Shown piece by piece: positions 1 through 10,052 of a stretch of DNA of 64,000 nucleotides (the first letter of the stretch is position 1; the number at the start of each line of letters is the position of its first letter). A model generated the notes under the pieces. It had not been told where the DNA came from and searched no databases. It was given only the letters and a program-made list of their open reading frames with translations. The stretch comes from an uncultured delta proteobacterium (lineage in GTDB: Bacteria; Desulfobacterota; Desulfuromonadia; Geobacterales; DSM-12255), in the NCBI GenBank assembly GCA_963787125.1, contig CAWBBV010000016.1, forward strand, positions 194,798 through 258,797. Reading direction: 5' to 3'. The translations under genes and the position numbers were made by a program.

Positions 1-11
1 TCGAGATAACT

Positions 12-755
12 ATGCACCGTATCACCCTGACAATCCTGCTCCTGGCCATAGCCGCCCCGGCCCGGGCCATGCACATCTCCGAGGGGATTCTGCCGCTCCC
101 TTGGGCGACTCTCTGGTTTTCCCTGGCGTTGCCGTTTGTTGCCCTTGGTTGCCGGGAGCTGCGCAGGCTTTCCCATGATGATCTGGCCATGAAGCCGCTG
201 GTGGGGCTACTTGCGGCGGTAGTTTTTATCATCTCCTGCATGCCGATACCGGTCCCGACTGCCGGCACCTGCTCTCACCCCTGCGGCACCGCCATTGCCG
301 CCATTCTCGTCGGCCCTTTCATCAGTGTCCTTATCAGCACGGTTGCCCTGCTGATTCAGGCGCTGGTCATGGCCCATGGCGGCCTCACCACCCTCGGAGC
401 GGATATTTTCTCCATGGGGATCGTCGGGTCGTTCACTGGGTATGCACTCTTCAAGGGGCTGCGCCGCTGCGGCGCCTCTCTGGGGGTTGCGGCTTTTTGC
501 GCCGGCGTGCTGACGGATTGGGCGACCTATATGACGACTTCACTGGAGCTGGCCAGCGGCATCAGGGGGAGCGAGCCTTTCCTGCCGCTGTTTGCGAAAA
601 TTATGCTGGCTTTTGTCCCGACCCAGCTCCCCCTTGGCCTGCTTGAGGGGGCGATGACGGCCGGGATGGTGACGCTTTTGGCAAGAAAAAGACCCGATCT
701 GCTGATCAGGATGCGCCTGATGAAACCACCGGAGGTTGCCGATGCCAATACGTAA
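12..755 (+). CDS. cbiM: Cobalt ECF transporter substrate component CbiM
   Basis: Signal peptide followed by the mature N-terminus MHISEG; GTCSHP and AHGGLT motifs; hydrophobic; first gene of the cbi operon. Confidence 0.95.
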   Translation: MHRITLTILLLAIAAPARAMHISEGILPLPWATLWFSLALPFVALGCRELRRLSHDDLAMKPLVGLLAAVVFIISCMPIPVPTAGTCSHPCGTAIAAILVGPFISVLISTVALLIQALVMAHGGLTTLGADIFSMGIVGSFTGYALFKGLRRCGASLGVAAFCAGVLTDWATYMTTSLELASGIRGSEPFLPLFAKIMLAFVPTQLPLGLLEGAMTAGMVTLLARKRPDLLIRMRLMKPPEVADANT

Positions 756-1038
756 GCGTCGCCTGAAAATTCTGCTGCTCCATATGATTCTTCTCCCGAC
801 CCTGATCTATACCCTCTCCTTTTTCTCTCTGGCGCCAAAATCCTGGACCGGAGTTGATGAAGCGGTGGTGGAAAAAATCGCCAAAGAGCATGGCCGGGAG
901 GCAAAAGCTCCTCTTGTCAGTCCCGATAAAGGCGATCTTCTCCTCTTCGTTTTCCTGATTGCCGGAGTGATCGGCGGTTTTGCCGGTGGTTATTGCTGGC
1001 GGATGCTGGTGAGCGAGAAAAAAGAGTCAAAACCTTAA
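742..1038 (+). CDS. cbiN: Cobalt transporter small membrane subunit (CbiN-like)
   Basis: GGAGG RBS before ATG 742; two TM segments around WTGVDEAVVE...GDLLLF; directly follows cbiM. Confidence 0.8.
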   Translation: MPIRKRRLKILLLHMILLPTLIYTLSFFSLAPKSWTGVDEAVVEKIAKEHGREAKAPLVSPDKGDLLLFVFLIAGVIGGFAGGYCWRMLVSEKKESKP

Positions 1039-1040
1039 TG

Positions 1041-1145
1041 GAACGCTGATGACGCGGATTGAGCGGATTTACGCCGATATTATAAATCATTTTTTGTTTT
1101 AGCTTATCTGCGTAAATCTGCTCAAATCAGATTTGATCCGCGTTC
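1041..1145. repeat. Intergenic imperfect inverted-repeat element (REP/MITE-like, built from GCGGAT-type units)
   Basis: GAACGCTGATGACGCGGATTGAGCGGATTTACGCCGAT ... ATCTGCGTAAATCTGCTCAAATCAGATTTGATCCGCGTTC arms around an AT-rich loop. Confidence 0.7.
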
Positions 1146-1213
1146 TATTGTCTTTGCTTTTACCTGTTTGGTTCCGGCTTTGCCTGCTTAAGATTTTCAA
1201 GAAGGGGGAATTT

Positions 1214-1738
1214 ATGGAATACGCTGAAATAGTGAAGTTTCACGGCCACAGCTGCCTAGGCAGCGCCATCGGCTATCGCATGACCCTGGCCGCCATGAAC
1301 GCGCTCGCTGTTACCCGTGCAGATGATGAAGAGCTGGTGGCAATCGTCGAAAATGATGCCTGCGGCGTAGATGCGCTCCAGTATCTGAGCGGCTGCACCT
1401 TCGGCAAAGGGAACCTGATCTTCAGAGATTACGGCAAGCCGGTTTTCACCCTCTTCTCCAGAAATAGCGGTAAAGGGGTGCGAGTGCTCTTCCTCGATAC
1501 GGCTCTGCCGGAAGAGTTGCGCGGTGATCGCCAAAAACGTCTTAATTACATTCTCTCAGCCCCGGATGATGCCATTCTGGAAGTCAAGGCGATCGCCATT
1601 GAGGTGCCAAAGCAGGCAAAAATCTACAACAGTGTCAGCTGCGAACGCTGCCATGAATCAGTTATGGATACCCGGCTGAAGGGTGTTAAAGGGCGAATGC
1701 TCTGCATCCCCTGCGTCATTGAATCAGCTTGTGAGTAG
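1214..1738 (+). CDS. FmdE-family protein with C-terminal Zn finger
   Basis: FHGHSCLG, ENDACGVDA, GCTFGKGNL motifs; C-terminal CERC...CIPC; RBS before ATG 1214. Confidence 0.88.
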   Translation: MEYAEIVKFHGHSCLGSAIGYRMTLAAMNALAVTRADDEELVAIVENDACGVDALQYLSGCTFGKGNLIFRDYGKPVFTLFSRNSGKGVRVLFLDTALPEELRGDRQKRLNYILSAPDDAILEVKAIAIEVPKQAKIYNSVSCERCHESVMDTRLKGVKGRMLCIPCVIESACE

Positions 1739-1750
1739 ACAGGGTTAGTA

Positions 1751-2503
1751 ATGAAACCATTCAGTTCCCAAAACAGCTGCAGTCATCCGCTCTTCCAGGT
1801 CGATGCCAGAGTGAAACTTACTGTTGCCCTGTCGCTTTTGTTGATGGTAGTCAGCAGCAAAAGTCCGGTCTTCCCGCTTCTGACCGCCGGAACCTGCCTG
1901 GTTCTCTGCTTATCCCTGAAAGTCCGCCTCCGGCTGCTTTTAACCCGCTTTGCCGAACCGCTCTTCATTGCTGTCGTTGTTCTGGTTATAAAGACCGTTG
2001 GCACAGGCAGCACTCCGCTCTGGAGCGCACAACTCCCCATAGTTGAGATAACTTTGTACCGGGAAGGGCTTATAGAAGGGTTTCGTCTGGCGAGCCGGAT
2101 TGTTGGTGGGGTCGCTGTTGTGGCAACGGTCGGCTTCGCGACAACTTTTACGGAACTTTTGGCAGCGCTTTCCTGGTTCAGAATCCCCCGGGAAATCAAC
2201 GAGATCGCCCTGTTTGCCTGGCGCTATCTGTTCGTCCTGGCTGACGACGCCCAAGTGATTCACTCTGCCCAGAAAAACCGGCTGGGTTACGTGGGGGTGC
2301 GCCGCTCGTTCCGCTCCCTGGGCACCCTGAGCGGTGCTCTGGTCATCAAGGCCTTTGATGCCAGCCAGACCATGACGACTGCCATGATGCAGCGTGGTTA
2401 TGATGGCAACATGCCGCTCTTGAAGCATCGGCCTCTCAAATGGCAGGAGTTGTTGCCTGCCGTTATGCTTGTGACGCTAATGGGGGTTTTGTGGGCGCTG
2501 TAA
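1751..2503 (+). CDS. cbiQ: Cobalt ECF transporter T component CbiQ
   Basis: DARVKL, RYLFVL and AMMQRGY motifs; TM helices; operon context. Confidence 0.92.
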   Translation: MKPFSSQNSCSHPLFQVDARVKLTVALSLLLMVVSSKSPVFPLLTAGTCLVLCLSLKVRLRLLLTRFAEPLFIAVVVLVIKTVGTGSTPLWSAQLPIVEITLYREGLIEGFRLASRIVGGVAVVATVGFATTFTELLAALSWFRIPREINEIALFAWRYLFVLADDAQVIHSAQKNRLGYVGVRRSFRSLGTLSGALVIKAFDASQTMTTAMMQRGYDGNMPLLKHRPLKWQELLPAVMLVTLMGVLWAL

Positions 2504-3351
2504 ACAGGCTTTCAATGGCGATTGACGCCTTCCGATATCCCGACGGCACCGTCGCCCTTTCAGATGTGAGGGTTGATGTTGCGGCAGGTGAATTCTGCGG
2601 CCTCCTGGGGGCCAACGGTTCCGGCAAGACCACCCTTTTAAAGATCATGGACGGTCTCATCCGTGATTATCAGGGGAAGATGCTCCTTGACGGCAGCGAC
2701 ATACTCAAACTGCATCCCCGCGACATCTACCGTAAGATGGGACTCGTCTTCCAGAACCCTGACGACCAGCTCTTTGCCAGCTCGGTTTTTGAGGATGTTG
2801 CCTTTGGTCCCAGGAACATGGGGTTTGCCGAAGCGACCGTCGCCGAGATGGTGGGAGTAGCTCTCGAACAGGTAGAGATGAGCGCGCTGGCCGGCAAGAA
2901 CATCCATCACTTGAGCTACGGCCAGAAGAAACGGGTCTGTATCGCCGGTCTCCTGGCCATGGGGCATGAGATTCTGCTCCTTGACGAGCCGACGGCCGGG
3001 CTTGACCCGATGGGTGAACAGCGGATGATGGAACTCTTGACAAAGCTTAACCGTGACAGCCGGGTGACGATCGTCATGGCAACTCACAGTGTCGATCTGG
3101 TGCCGCTATTCCTTGATCGCCTCCATATCTTAAGTAAAGGCAGAGTTGTCCGCGGCGGCACACCGGAAGAGGTCTTTACCGCCCCGGCGGAAATGGCGGA
3201 GGTGAAGCTCCGGTTGCCCCATATCGCCGAACTGATCCATCAGCTGAAACATGAAGAGCAGCTGCCGTTTAAAAAAATACCGCTTACTGTTGGCGATGCC
3301 AGACGAGAGCTGGTAGAAATGATGACTACAGGCAGGAAGGAGATGCAATGA
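2491..3351 (+). CDS. cbiO: Cobalt ECF transporter ATPase CbiO (start uncertain, 2491 or 2515)
   Basis: GANGSGKT, FQNPDDQL, LSYGQKKR, LDEPTAGLDP. Confidence 0.93.
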   Translation: MGAVNRLSMAIDAFRYPDGTVALSDVRVDVAAGEFCGLLGANGSGKTTLLKIMDGLIRDYQGKMLLDGSDILKLHPRDIYRKMGLVFQNPDDQLFASSVFEDVAFGPRNMGFAEATVAEMVGVALEQVEMSALAGKNIHHLSYGQKKRVCIAGLLAMGHEILLLDEPTAGLDPMGEQRMMELLTKLNRDSRVTIVMATHSVDLVPLFLDRLHILSKGRVVRGGTPEEVFTAPAEMAEVKLRLPHIAELIHQLKHEEQLPFKKIPLTVGDARRELVEMMTTGRKEMQ

Positions 3352-3734
3352 AAAGGACAGCAGTTCTGATAATGGCCCACGGCAGCCGGATTGCCGCGGC
3401 AAATGATGCGGCGCGGGAAATTGCCACGATGGTGCAGGAGCTGACGGGACACGAAATCGTCGAAGTCTCGTTTCGCGAGCTGCACGAACCGGATATCCAA
3501 AAGGGGATAGACAACTGCGTTGCCAGGGGGGCCGATAAAATCCTCCTCATCCCTTATTTCCTTTTCCTGGGGGCTCATGTCCAGCACGACCTGCCGGAAG
3601 AGATTGAAATGGCGCAAAAACGTCATCCAGGCCTGGAGATGGTCATGGGGCCCCATCTTGGCGCCCATCGCAAACTCGCCGAAATCGTCGCTGAAAGAAT
3701 TGGTGAAGGTCTGGCGACTGCGGGGTGGAACTGA
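3348..3734 (+). CDS. cbiX: Sirohydrochlorin cobaltochelatase, single-domain CbiX
   Basis: AHGSR, PYFLFLGAHVQHDLP and HLG motifs; 128 aa. Confidence 0.9.
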   Translation: MKRTAVLIMAHGSRIAAANDAAREIATMVQELTGHEIVEVSFRELHEPDIQKGIDNCVARGADKILLIPYFLFLGAHVQHDLPEEIEMAQKRHPGLEMVMGPHLGAHRKLAEIVAERIGEGLATAGWN

Positions 3735-4381
3735 TGTCCGTCCATCTGCGACCTGAAGAGATTGAAGCCGAATCTTTCCGGATTATCGATCTGGAGGCCG
3801 GTCGGCATCACTGGTCGCCGACCCAGTGGCCGCTTATCAGGAGAGTTGTCCATACCAGCGCGGATTTTGACTACGTTAACTCACTGGTCATGGCAGCTGA
3901 TGCGGTCTCAGCAGGCGTTAAAGCGCTGCAAGCCGGTCGCGGGATTGTCACTGATACAACCATGGCTCTTGCCGGGATAAGCAAACCGCGGCTGAAACAG
4001 TTTGCCATCGCCTCGGCGTGCTTTGTGGCCGACCCGGCGGTCGCAGCAGAAGCGGCCGCAAAAGGGATAACCCGCTCCATTGTTGCCATGCGCAAGGGGA
4101 CAGCCGATCCGGCTAACGGCATCTTTGTCATCGGCAATGCGCCGACAGCTCTCTTTGAGCTGCTGCGTCAGGTACGGGAAGAAGGCTTGCGGCCAGACCT
4201 TATTGTCGGCCTGCCGGTCGGTTTTGTCGGCGCGGCGGAGAGCAAGGCGGAGTTACTGACTGTTGCCGCGGAGTACGGGATTCCGTATATAAGCAACCGT
4301 GGCAGAAAGGGGGGCTCCAACGTGGCGGCAGCCGTCATTAATGCGCTGCTGATTCTGGCTGACGAGCAGACTGAGGCCTGA
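3734..4381 (+). CDS. cbiC: Precorrin-8X methylmutase
   Basis: IEAESF, RVVHTSAD, IGNAPTAL, PVGFVGAAESK, GRKGGS; TGATG overlap with cbiX. Confidence 0.95.
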   Translation: MSVHLRPEEIEAESFRIIDLEAGRHHWSPTQWPLIRRVVHTSADFDYVNSLVMAADAVSAGVKALQAGRGIVTDTTMALAGISKPRLKQFAIASACFVADPAVAAEAAAKGITRSIVAMRKGTADPANGIFVIGNAPTALFELLRQVREEGLRPDLIVGLPVGFVGAAESKAELLTVAAEYGIPYISNRGRKGGSNVAAAVINALLILADEQTEA

Positions 4382-5458
4382 GTGAAGAAAGACTTGAGAC
4401 AGGGGTATACGACCGGAGCCTGTGCTGCGGCCGCGGCCAGAGGGGCGGCGCTGATGCTGCGGGAGCAGCGGCTCGTCACTGAGGCGGAGATAATCCTGCC
4501 AACCGGGAGCAGTGCCAGATTCACGCTGCACGGCCAGACCCTGACTGACCGGGGCAGCTCCTGTTTCGTTATCAAGGATGCCGGTGATGACCCGGATATC
4601 ACCAACGGCGCGGAGATCCATGCTGCTATTGAGGTCGAATTTTTTACCCCCCACCGGATTGACCTTAAAGGGGGCGTGGGTGTCGGGGTAGTTACCAAAC
4701 CGGGGCTGGCCGTTCCGGTGGGAGAAGCGGCAATCAACCCCGTTCCCAGAAAAATGATCCTTGAAACAGTGAAGGAGGTGCTGGCGATGCGTTGCATCCC
4801 CGCTGCCTTCACCATTACCATCTCCATCCCGAACGGTGAGGAACTGGCAAAAAAGACGCTCAACGAGCGCCTCGGCATTATCGGCGGGCTCTCTATCCTC
4901 GGCACCACCGGGGTGGTAAAACCGATCTCAACCAAGGCCTGGACCGACACTATCGACTGTTCGATAGATGTTGCGCTTGCATCCGGCGCTGAAACAGTTA
5001 TTCTCTCCACTGGCAGGACGAGCGAGGTGGCAGCCCAGCGCTTTCTGGCGCACCATGAAACCCTGTCTGAAGAGTCATGTATCATGATGGGAGATCATGT
5101 CGGCTACGCCCTCTCTGCCTGTAAAAACAAGGGTGTGAAAAAAGTGGTCCTGGCAGGCCAGTTCGCCAAGCTGTTAAAAATCGCCTGCGGTCACGAGCAG
5201 ACCCATGTCTCCTCTTCTGAACTTGATTTGCAGGCACTGGCGCAGTGGTGCGCCAGCAAAGCGGCAACTGCCGCTTTCGAGCCTTGCGCCCGTCAGGCCA
5301 ATACCGCCCGGCAGGTACTGGTCGATTCAGGATATGATCAAGCGCTTATCCAGCTCGTTTGCACCCGGGCAAAGGCGGCTGCAGAGCGGATGGCGGCGGG
5401 ACTTTGCTTGGAAGTGCTCCTGGCAGGGTATGATTCGGAAGTGCTCTATTGCGGTTAA
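4382..5458 (+). CDS. cbiD: Cobalt-precorrin-5B C1-methyltransferase
   Basis: GYTTGACAAAA, KDAGDDPDIT, AINPVPR, GGLSILGTTG. Confidence 0.96.
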   Translation: MKKDLRQGYTTGACAAAAARGAALMLREQRLVTEAEIILPTGSSARFTLHGQTLTDRGSSCFVIKDAGDDPDITNGAEIHAAIEVEFFTPHRIDLKGGVGVGVVTKPGLAVPVGEAAINPVPRKMILETVKEVLAMRCIPAAFTITISIPNGEELAKKTLNERLGIIGGLSILGTTGVVKPISTKAWTDTIDCSIDVALASGAETVILSTGRTSEVAAQRFLAHHETLSEESCIMMGDHVGYALSACKNKGVKKVVLAGQFAKLLKIACGHEQTHVSSSELDLQALAQWCASKAATAAFEPCARQANTARQVLVDSGYDQALIQLVCTRAKAAAERMAAGLCLEVLLAGYDSEVLYCG

Positions 5459-5493
5459 TGCGAAACCTTTATTGAACTTTTACGGAGGGTCTT

Positions 5494-6708
5494 ATGACGC
5501 AGCAGAAAATTTATCTTGTCGGCGCCGGCATCACCGGCTGGGAAGGCTTTGGCAGCAGGGCACTGGAAGTAATCACCAAAGCTGAAGTACTGATCGGTCA
5601 TCAGCGTCACCTTGACAATTTCCCCGATTTTACGGGCGAGAAGCAGGAGTTGGAAGACCTTTCAGTCATGCTCGACTTTCTCAAGACAACGGAGAAAAGA
5701 GTTGTTGTCCTTGGCTCCGGTGATCCTAATTTTTTTGGTGTCGGCAGATTCCTCTTGAGAAACCTGCATAAAGAGCGGATCGAGATATTCCCGAATGTTA
5801 CCAGCGTTCAGTATGCTTTTGCGCGGATCAAAGAACCGTGGGATGATGCGATTTTCGTCTCAGTCCATGGTCGCGGCCTCGGCAGAGCCATTGACCGGAT
5901 CATCGCGGCCGAAAAGATTGCCGTTCTGACCGACAAGGTCAATAATCCGGCGTCCATCGCCAGGGAGCTGATAGCCCGGGGAGCTGAAGGGTATGATGCC
6001 TGGCTCTGTGAAAATATGGGGCTTAGCGATGAAAAGTTCACTAAAACCGATCTGAAAGGGCTGCTGACCATAACGGCGTCGGAACTGAACATCCTCATTC
6101 TGATAAAGGTGTGGGAGCCGAATCTGGTTCACTATCCGCTCATCGGCATCGATGACGACGAGTTTGCCACGGTGAAAAAGCTGATAACCAAGCAGGAGGT
6201 GCGGGCGGTTACCCTTGCCAAGCTCCAGCTGCAGGACGACTTTACTATTTGGGATATCGGCGCCGGCAGCGGTTCCATCTCCATCGAAGCGAGTAATCTC
6301 GTCCCCAACGGCAAGCTTTTTGCCATCGAGCACAATCCCCAGTGCATCGCCTTTATCCGGGAAAATCTGCAAAAATTTGTTGCCCGCAATGTCAAGCTCA
6401 TCGAAGGTGAAGCGCCGGATGTCCTGGAAGATCTGCCGGATCCGGACAGGGTTTTTATCGGCGGAACCGGCGGCATGCTGGAAGAAGTGATTGATGCGGT
6501 TGACCGGCGGCTTAAACCGGAAGGGCTGATCGTGCTGAACGCCGTAACGCTCAACACCCTGTCCAAATCAGTCGAATTTCTGGAAGACCACGGCTATACC
6601 GTCGAGGTGACCTGCGTCAACATTGCCAAGACGCGGGCGCTCAGCGAGTACAAACTGCTGGAAGCGCAGAATCCGGTTTACATCATCTCCGCGGCCAAGG
6701 AACGCTGA
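5494..6708 (+). CDS. cbiET: Bifunctional precorrin-6Y C5,15-methyltransferase CbiE/CbiT
   Basis: SGDPNFFG and VSVHGR (CbiE half); ITKQEVR, WDIGAGSGS, FIGG (CbiT half). Confidence 0.93.
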   Translation: MTQQKIYLVGAGITGWEGFGSRALEVITKAEVLIGHQRHLDNFPDFTGEKQELEDLSVMLDFLKTTEKRVVVLGSGDPNFFGVGRFLLRNLHKERIEIFPNVTSVQYAFARIKEPWDDAIFVSVHGRGLGRAIDRIIAAEKIAVLTDKVNNPASIARELIARGAEGYDAWLCENMGLSDEKFTKTDLKGLLTITASELNILILIKVWEPNLVHYPLIGIDDDEFATVKKLITKQEVRAVTLAKLQLQDDFTIWDIGAGSGSISIEASNLVPNGKLFAIEHNPQCIAFIRENLQKFVARNVKLIEGEAPDVLEDLPDPDRVFIGGTGGMLEEVIDAVDRRLKPEGLIVLNAVTLNTLSKSVEFLEDHGYTVEVTCVNIAKTRALSEYKLLEAQNPVYIISAAKER

Positions 6709-6710
6709 AT

Positions 6711-7412
6711 ATGGCGACAATCTACGCAGTCGGCGTCGGTCCCGGCGATCCCGAACTCCTCACCCGCAAAGCAGAACGCATCATCCGGCAGGCGCCAGTT
6801 ATCTGCGCCCCTACCGGCGCCGCCGATGCGGCCAGCTACGCCCTCTCCATCGTTGAGCATCTCCTGGATCGCTCAAAGCAGGAGATCATCACCCGCGTCT
6901 TTCCCATGATGAAAAAAGGTCCGGAGCTGGAAGCCGCCTGGGCAGAGGTTGCTAAAGAAGTCATCGAGCGGATTGATAACGGCCTGGATGTGGCATTTAT
7001 TACCATCGGCGACCCTTGCCTATACTCCACCTTCCTCTACATCCAGCGTCTCATCAGCGAAAAGCGGGCCGATATCCCCATTGAAATCATCCCCGGAATC
7101 TCCAGCATCAACGCTGCCGCCGCGGCTGCCGGTATTCCGCTCGGCATTGCCGGGGAGCGGATCGCCATCCTCCCGGCTACCTATGAAGACTATGAACTCA
7201 GGAAAACCCTGCTGGAATTTGACACTGTCGTGCTGATGAAGGTGAGCCGGGTCTTTGACCGGGTCTATGCCCTGCTGCAGGAGCTGGGCATGACGGACAA
7301 AGCGGTTTTTGTCCGTCGTGTCGGCTCAAGCCAGCAGGAGGTCGTTTTCGACGTCTCAACACTTGTCGGCAGGGAACTGGATTATCTCTCCATGCTGATT
7401 GTGCGGAGATAG
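6711..7412 (+). CDS. cbiL: Precorrin-2 C20-methyltransferase
   Basis: GVGPGDPELLT, GDPCLYST, IPGISS, VVLMK, YLSMLIV. Confidence 0.93.
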   Translation: MATIYAVGVGPGDPELLTRKAERIIRQAPVICAPTGAADAASYALSIVEHLLDRSKQEIITRVFPMMKKGPELEAAWAEVAKEVIERIDNGLDVAFITIGDPCLYSTFLYIQRLISEKRADIPIEIIPGISSINAAAAAAGIPLGIAGERIAILPATYEDYELRKTLLEFDTVVLMKVSRVFDRVYALLQELGMTDKAVFVRRVGSSQQEVVFDVSTLVGRELDYLSMLIVRR

Positions 7413-7508
7413 GAGGCGTCTACCTTGATAAGTATCGGCTAAAATATATTTGATAGTTTTCATTCAGATGGTTATTATCTGCTATATATTCAGCCGCAGG
7501 AGACACCG

Positions 7509-8420
7509 ATGAACGTAAAAACAGTTGCAACCATAGCCGCCCTTCTCGCCCTTTCTGCCCCTTTGGCTTTCGCCGAGGAGATCAATCCGGTTCTCGGTAA
7601 AGTCGGCGATTTCGCCATCCGCGAAACCGACCTGGACAGGCTGATCGCCAGTCAACCAACCCAGGCGCAGAAACAGTATCTGGAAAAACCGGAACTGAAG
7701 ATTTCACTCGTGCGGGACATCCTTCTTAAAAAAGCCATTGCCCTGAAGGCGAAAAAAGATGGCTACGACAGGAAACCCGAATACCGGGAGAAACTCTCAT
7801 ATCTTGTGGACGACTTTCTGGCCCAGGAATATCTGACCAGAGTTATATTGGCTGACATCAAGGTTCCCGAAGAAGAGCTGAAAAACTACTTCAAGGAGCA
7901 TGAAAAAGAGTTCCTGATTACCGAGACAGTCAAGGCACGGCACATATTTGTCCAGTTACCGACCAAGGCAACCGAAGCAGAGCAGGGAACCGCCCGTAAA
8001 AAGGCGGAAGAAATCCTGGCACGCCTGAAAAAAGGTGATGATTTTGCCAAAGTAGCGCTCGAAGCTTCTGATGATGCCGACACCGCCAAGAAAGGTGGCG
8101 AGCTTGGCCTGCTGGCACCGGGGAAAACTAATTCGGAAGAGTTTGAAAAAGCCGCCTTCGCCTTGAAGAGTGGCGAAATCAGCGGCATAGTGCAGTCACC
8201 GTTCGGCTTTCACATTATAAAAGTGGACGAAAGAACCGAAAAGCGAACAGCAACTTACGAAGAGTCACGGGCTTATATTGAGTCAGTCCTGAAAAAAGAC
8301 CATGAGCAGAAAACGGGCGAAGAGTTCATCGCCAAGATCTACAAGGAGAGCGGGCTGGAGATCCTGGCCGACAAGAATCCCGTCAAGCCGGAAGAGCCGC
8401 TAAAGCAGCCTGTCAATTAG
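7509..8420 (+). CDS. Exported PpiC/parvulin-type peptidyl-prolyl isomerase
   Basis: Signal peptide; ARHI, GGELG, FEKAAF, SPFGFHII. Confidence 0.92.
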   Translation: MNVKTVATIAALLALSAPLAFAEEINPVLGKVGDFAIRETDLDRLIASQPTQAQKQYLEKPELKISLVRDILLKKAIALKAKKDGYDRKPEYREKLSYLVDDFLAQEYLTRVILADIKVPEEELKNYFKEHEKEFLITETVKARHIFVQLPTKATEAEQGTARKKAEEILARLKKGDDFAKVALEASDDADTAKKGGELGLLAPGKTNSEEFEKAAFALKSGEISGIVQSPFGFHIIKVDERTEKRTATYEESRAYIESVLKKDHEQKTGEEFIAKIYKESGLEILADKNPVKPEEPLKQPVN

Positions 8421-8516
8421 TAAGTAAGAAGTTATATTCTGCGCGTTTCTGGCAGAAAATAACTTCGTTAACGCACTTATCCTGTTTGTCAGGGTTAGAA
8501 ATTTCGGAGGTGTGGC

Positions 8517-10004
8517 GTGCCGATTATTGACCGTTACCTGGAAGCGATGCAGAAACAGCGGGCTGAAGTTATCGTTCTGAAAATCGGCGTCCCGGTTGAG
8601 ATGACGGCGTTTGGCCAGACCCGCCCGGTTTCAAATAAAGCGACGACTGCAGATCAGGTCCAAGCCGTTCTCACCGAGATTATTCCTGATTTCCAGCAGC
8701 GGCTGCACGATGGTCGGGGAGTTTTCCCTTACCCAAGCGCTTTCGGCAATTTCCAACTGCAGGTCGTAGCAGATGCAAACGGCTCATCCCTGACTATCCG
8801 GACGATCCCCGATTCAGCCCCACCGCAATCAGCGGAGCCAGCCACATATCAAAGTGCCCCGGCACAGTCTGAGTTCAGGAAGACCGCCACTACTGCGGCA
8901 ACCAGCTCCCTTGCCCATCTCGACGAACTGTTCCATCAGATGCTCGACATGAAGGCCTCGGATCTCCATCTCAAAAGCGGCAAGACTCCCATGCTTCGGA
9001 TCGACGGCTCCATGGCGCCCATGCCGGGGCGCGAACCTCTTGATCCGGAAGCGCTTGATGCCCTCCTCCATGAAATCATTCCGGATAAAAACCGGCTGGA
9101 ATTCAGAGAGACAAACGATACCGACTTTGCCTATGTGCTCGGCGAACGCTCGCGGATGCGCGCCAACGTCTTTCGTGATATAGCCGGGATAGGTGCGGTT
9201 TTCCGCCAGATCCCGACAAAAATTCTGACTGCGGAGCAACTCGGTCTGCCGGAGGTAGTCCTAAGCTTCTGTGAATTTGATAAGGGGCTGGTGGTTGTAA
9301 CCGGCCCGACCGGTTCAGGGAAGTCGACCACTCTGGCGGCAATGATCGACTATATCAACGACAACCGGGATGACCACCTGATAACTATCGAAGATCCTGT
9401 TGAATTCGTCCACAAAGACAAGAAATGCCACATCAATCAGCGCGAAGTCGGCACCCACACCAAAGGGTTCAAACACGCTCTGCGGGCGGCGCTGCGGGAA
9501 GATCCGGATATCGTCCTTGTGGGTGAGATGCGGGACCTTGAAACTGTGGCGATCGCCATAGAAACCGCCGAGACCGGTCATCTCGTGTTCGGCACGCTGC
9601 ACACCAACACAGCAGCTTCAACTATCGACCGGCTTATCGACCAGTTCCCGACCGACCGGCAGCAGCAGGTGCGCACCATGCTGTCCGAGTCGCTGAAAGG
9701 GGTCGTGGCGCAGACGCTGCTGAAGAAAAAGGGTGGCGGCCGGGTAGCAGCTCTGGAAATTCTGGTGGTGAATAGTGCCGTATCCAATCTTATCCGCGAA
9801 GGAAAGACGTTCCAGATCCCTTCCATCATGCAGACCGGCAAAAATATCGGCATGCGGACACTCAACGACTCCCTCCTTGAGCTGGTAAAGACAAACATAG
9901 TTGAGGCTCAAGAAGCATTTGACCGGTCGCCGCAAAAGAAGGAGTTCGGGCCGATGCTCACCAGGAGCGGTTACCGGGGAGCATGGAGCGACGATAAGGG
10001 GTAG
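8517..10004 (+). CDS. pilT: PilT-family type IV pilus retraction ATPase with an extra N-terminal domain
   Basis: ASDLHL, GPTGSGKST, TIEDPVE, LREDPD..GEMRD, AETGHL..TLH, AVSNLIRE (AIRNLIRE-like). Confidence 0.92.
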   Translation: MPIIDRYLEAMQKQRAEVIVLKIGVPVEMTAFGQTRPVSNKATTADQVQAVLTEIIPDFQQRLHDGRGVFPYPSAFGNFQLQVVADANGSSLTIRTIPDSAPPQSAEPATYQSAPAQSEFRKTATTAATSSLAHLDELFHQMLDMKASDLHLKSGKTPMLRIDGSMAPMPGREPLDPEALDALLHEIIPDKNRLEFRETNDTDFAYVLGERSRMRANVFRDIAGIGAVFRQIPTKILTAEQLGLPEVVLSFCEFDKGLVVVTGPTGSGKSTTLAAMIDYINDNRDDHLITIEDPVEFVHKDKKCHINQREVGTHTKGFKHALRAALREDPDIVLVGEMRDLETVAIAIETAETGHLVFGTLHTNTAASTIDRLIDQFPTDRQQQVRTMLSESLKGVVAQTLLKKKGGGRVAALEILVVNSAVSNLIREGKTFQIPSIMQTGKNIGMRTLNDSLLELVKTNIVEAQEAFDRSPQKKEFGPMLTRSGYRGAWSDDKG

Positions 10005-10052
10005 CGCTTAACTTACAGGAGAAGGATTTTTTCAGCGTTACGGAGGGATACA

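Noticed and set aside
4168..5085. 305-aa ORF on - strand, and many similar short overlapping ORFs
   Set aside because: Antisense to well-supported genes; expected in GC-rich coding DNA
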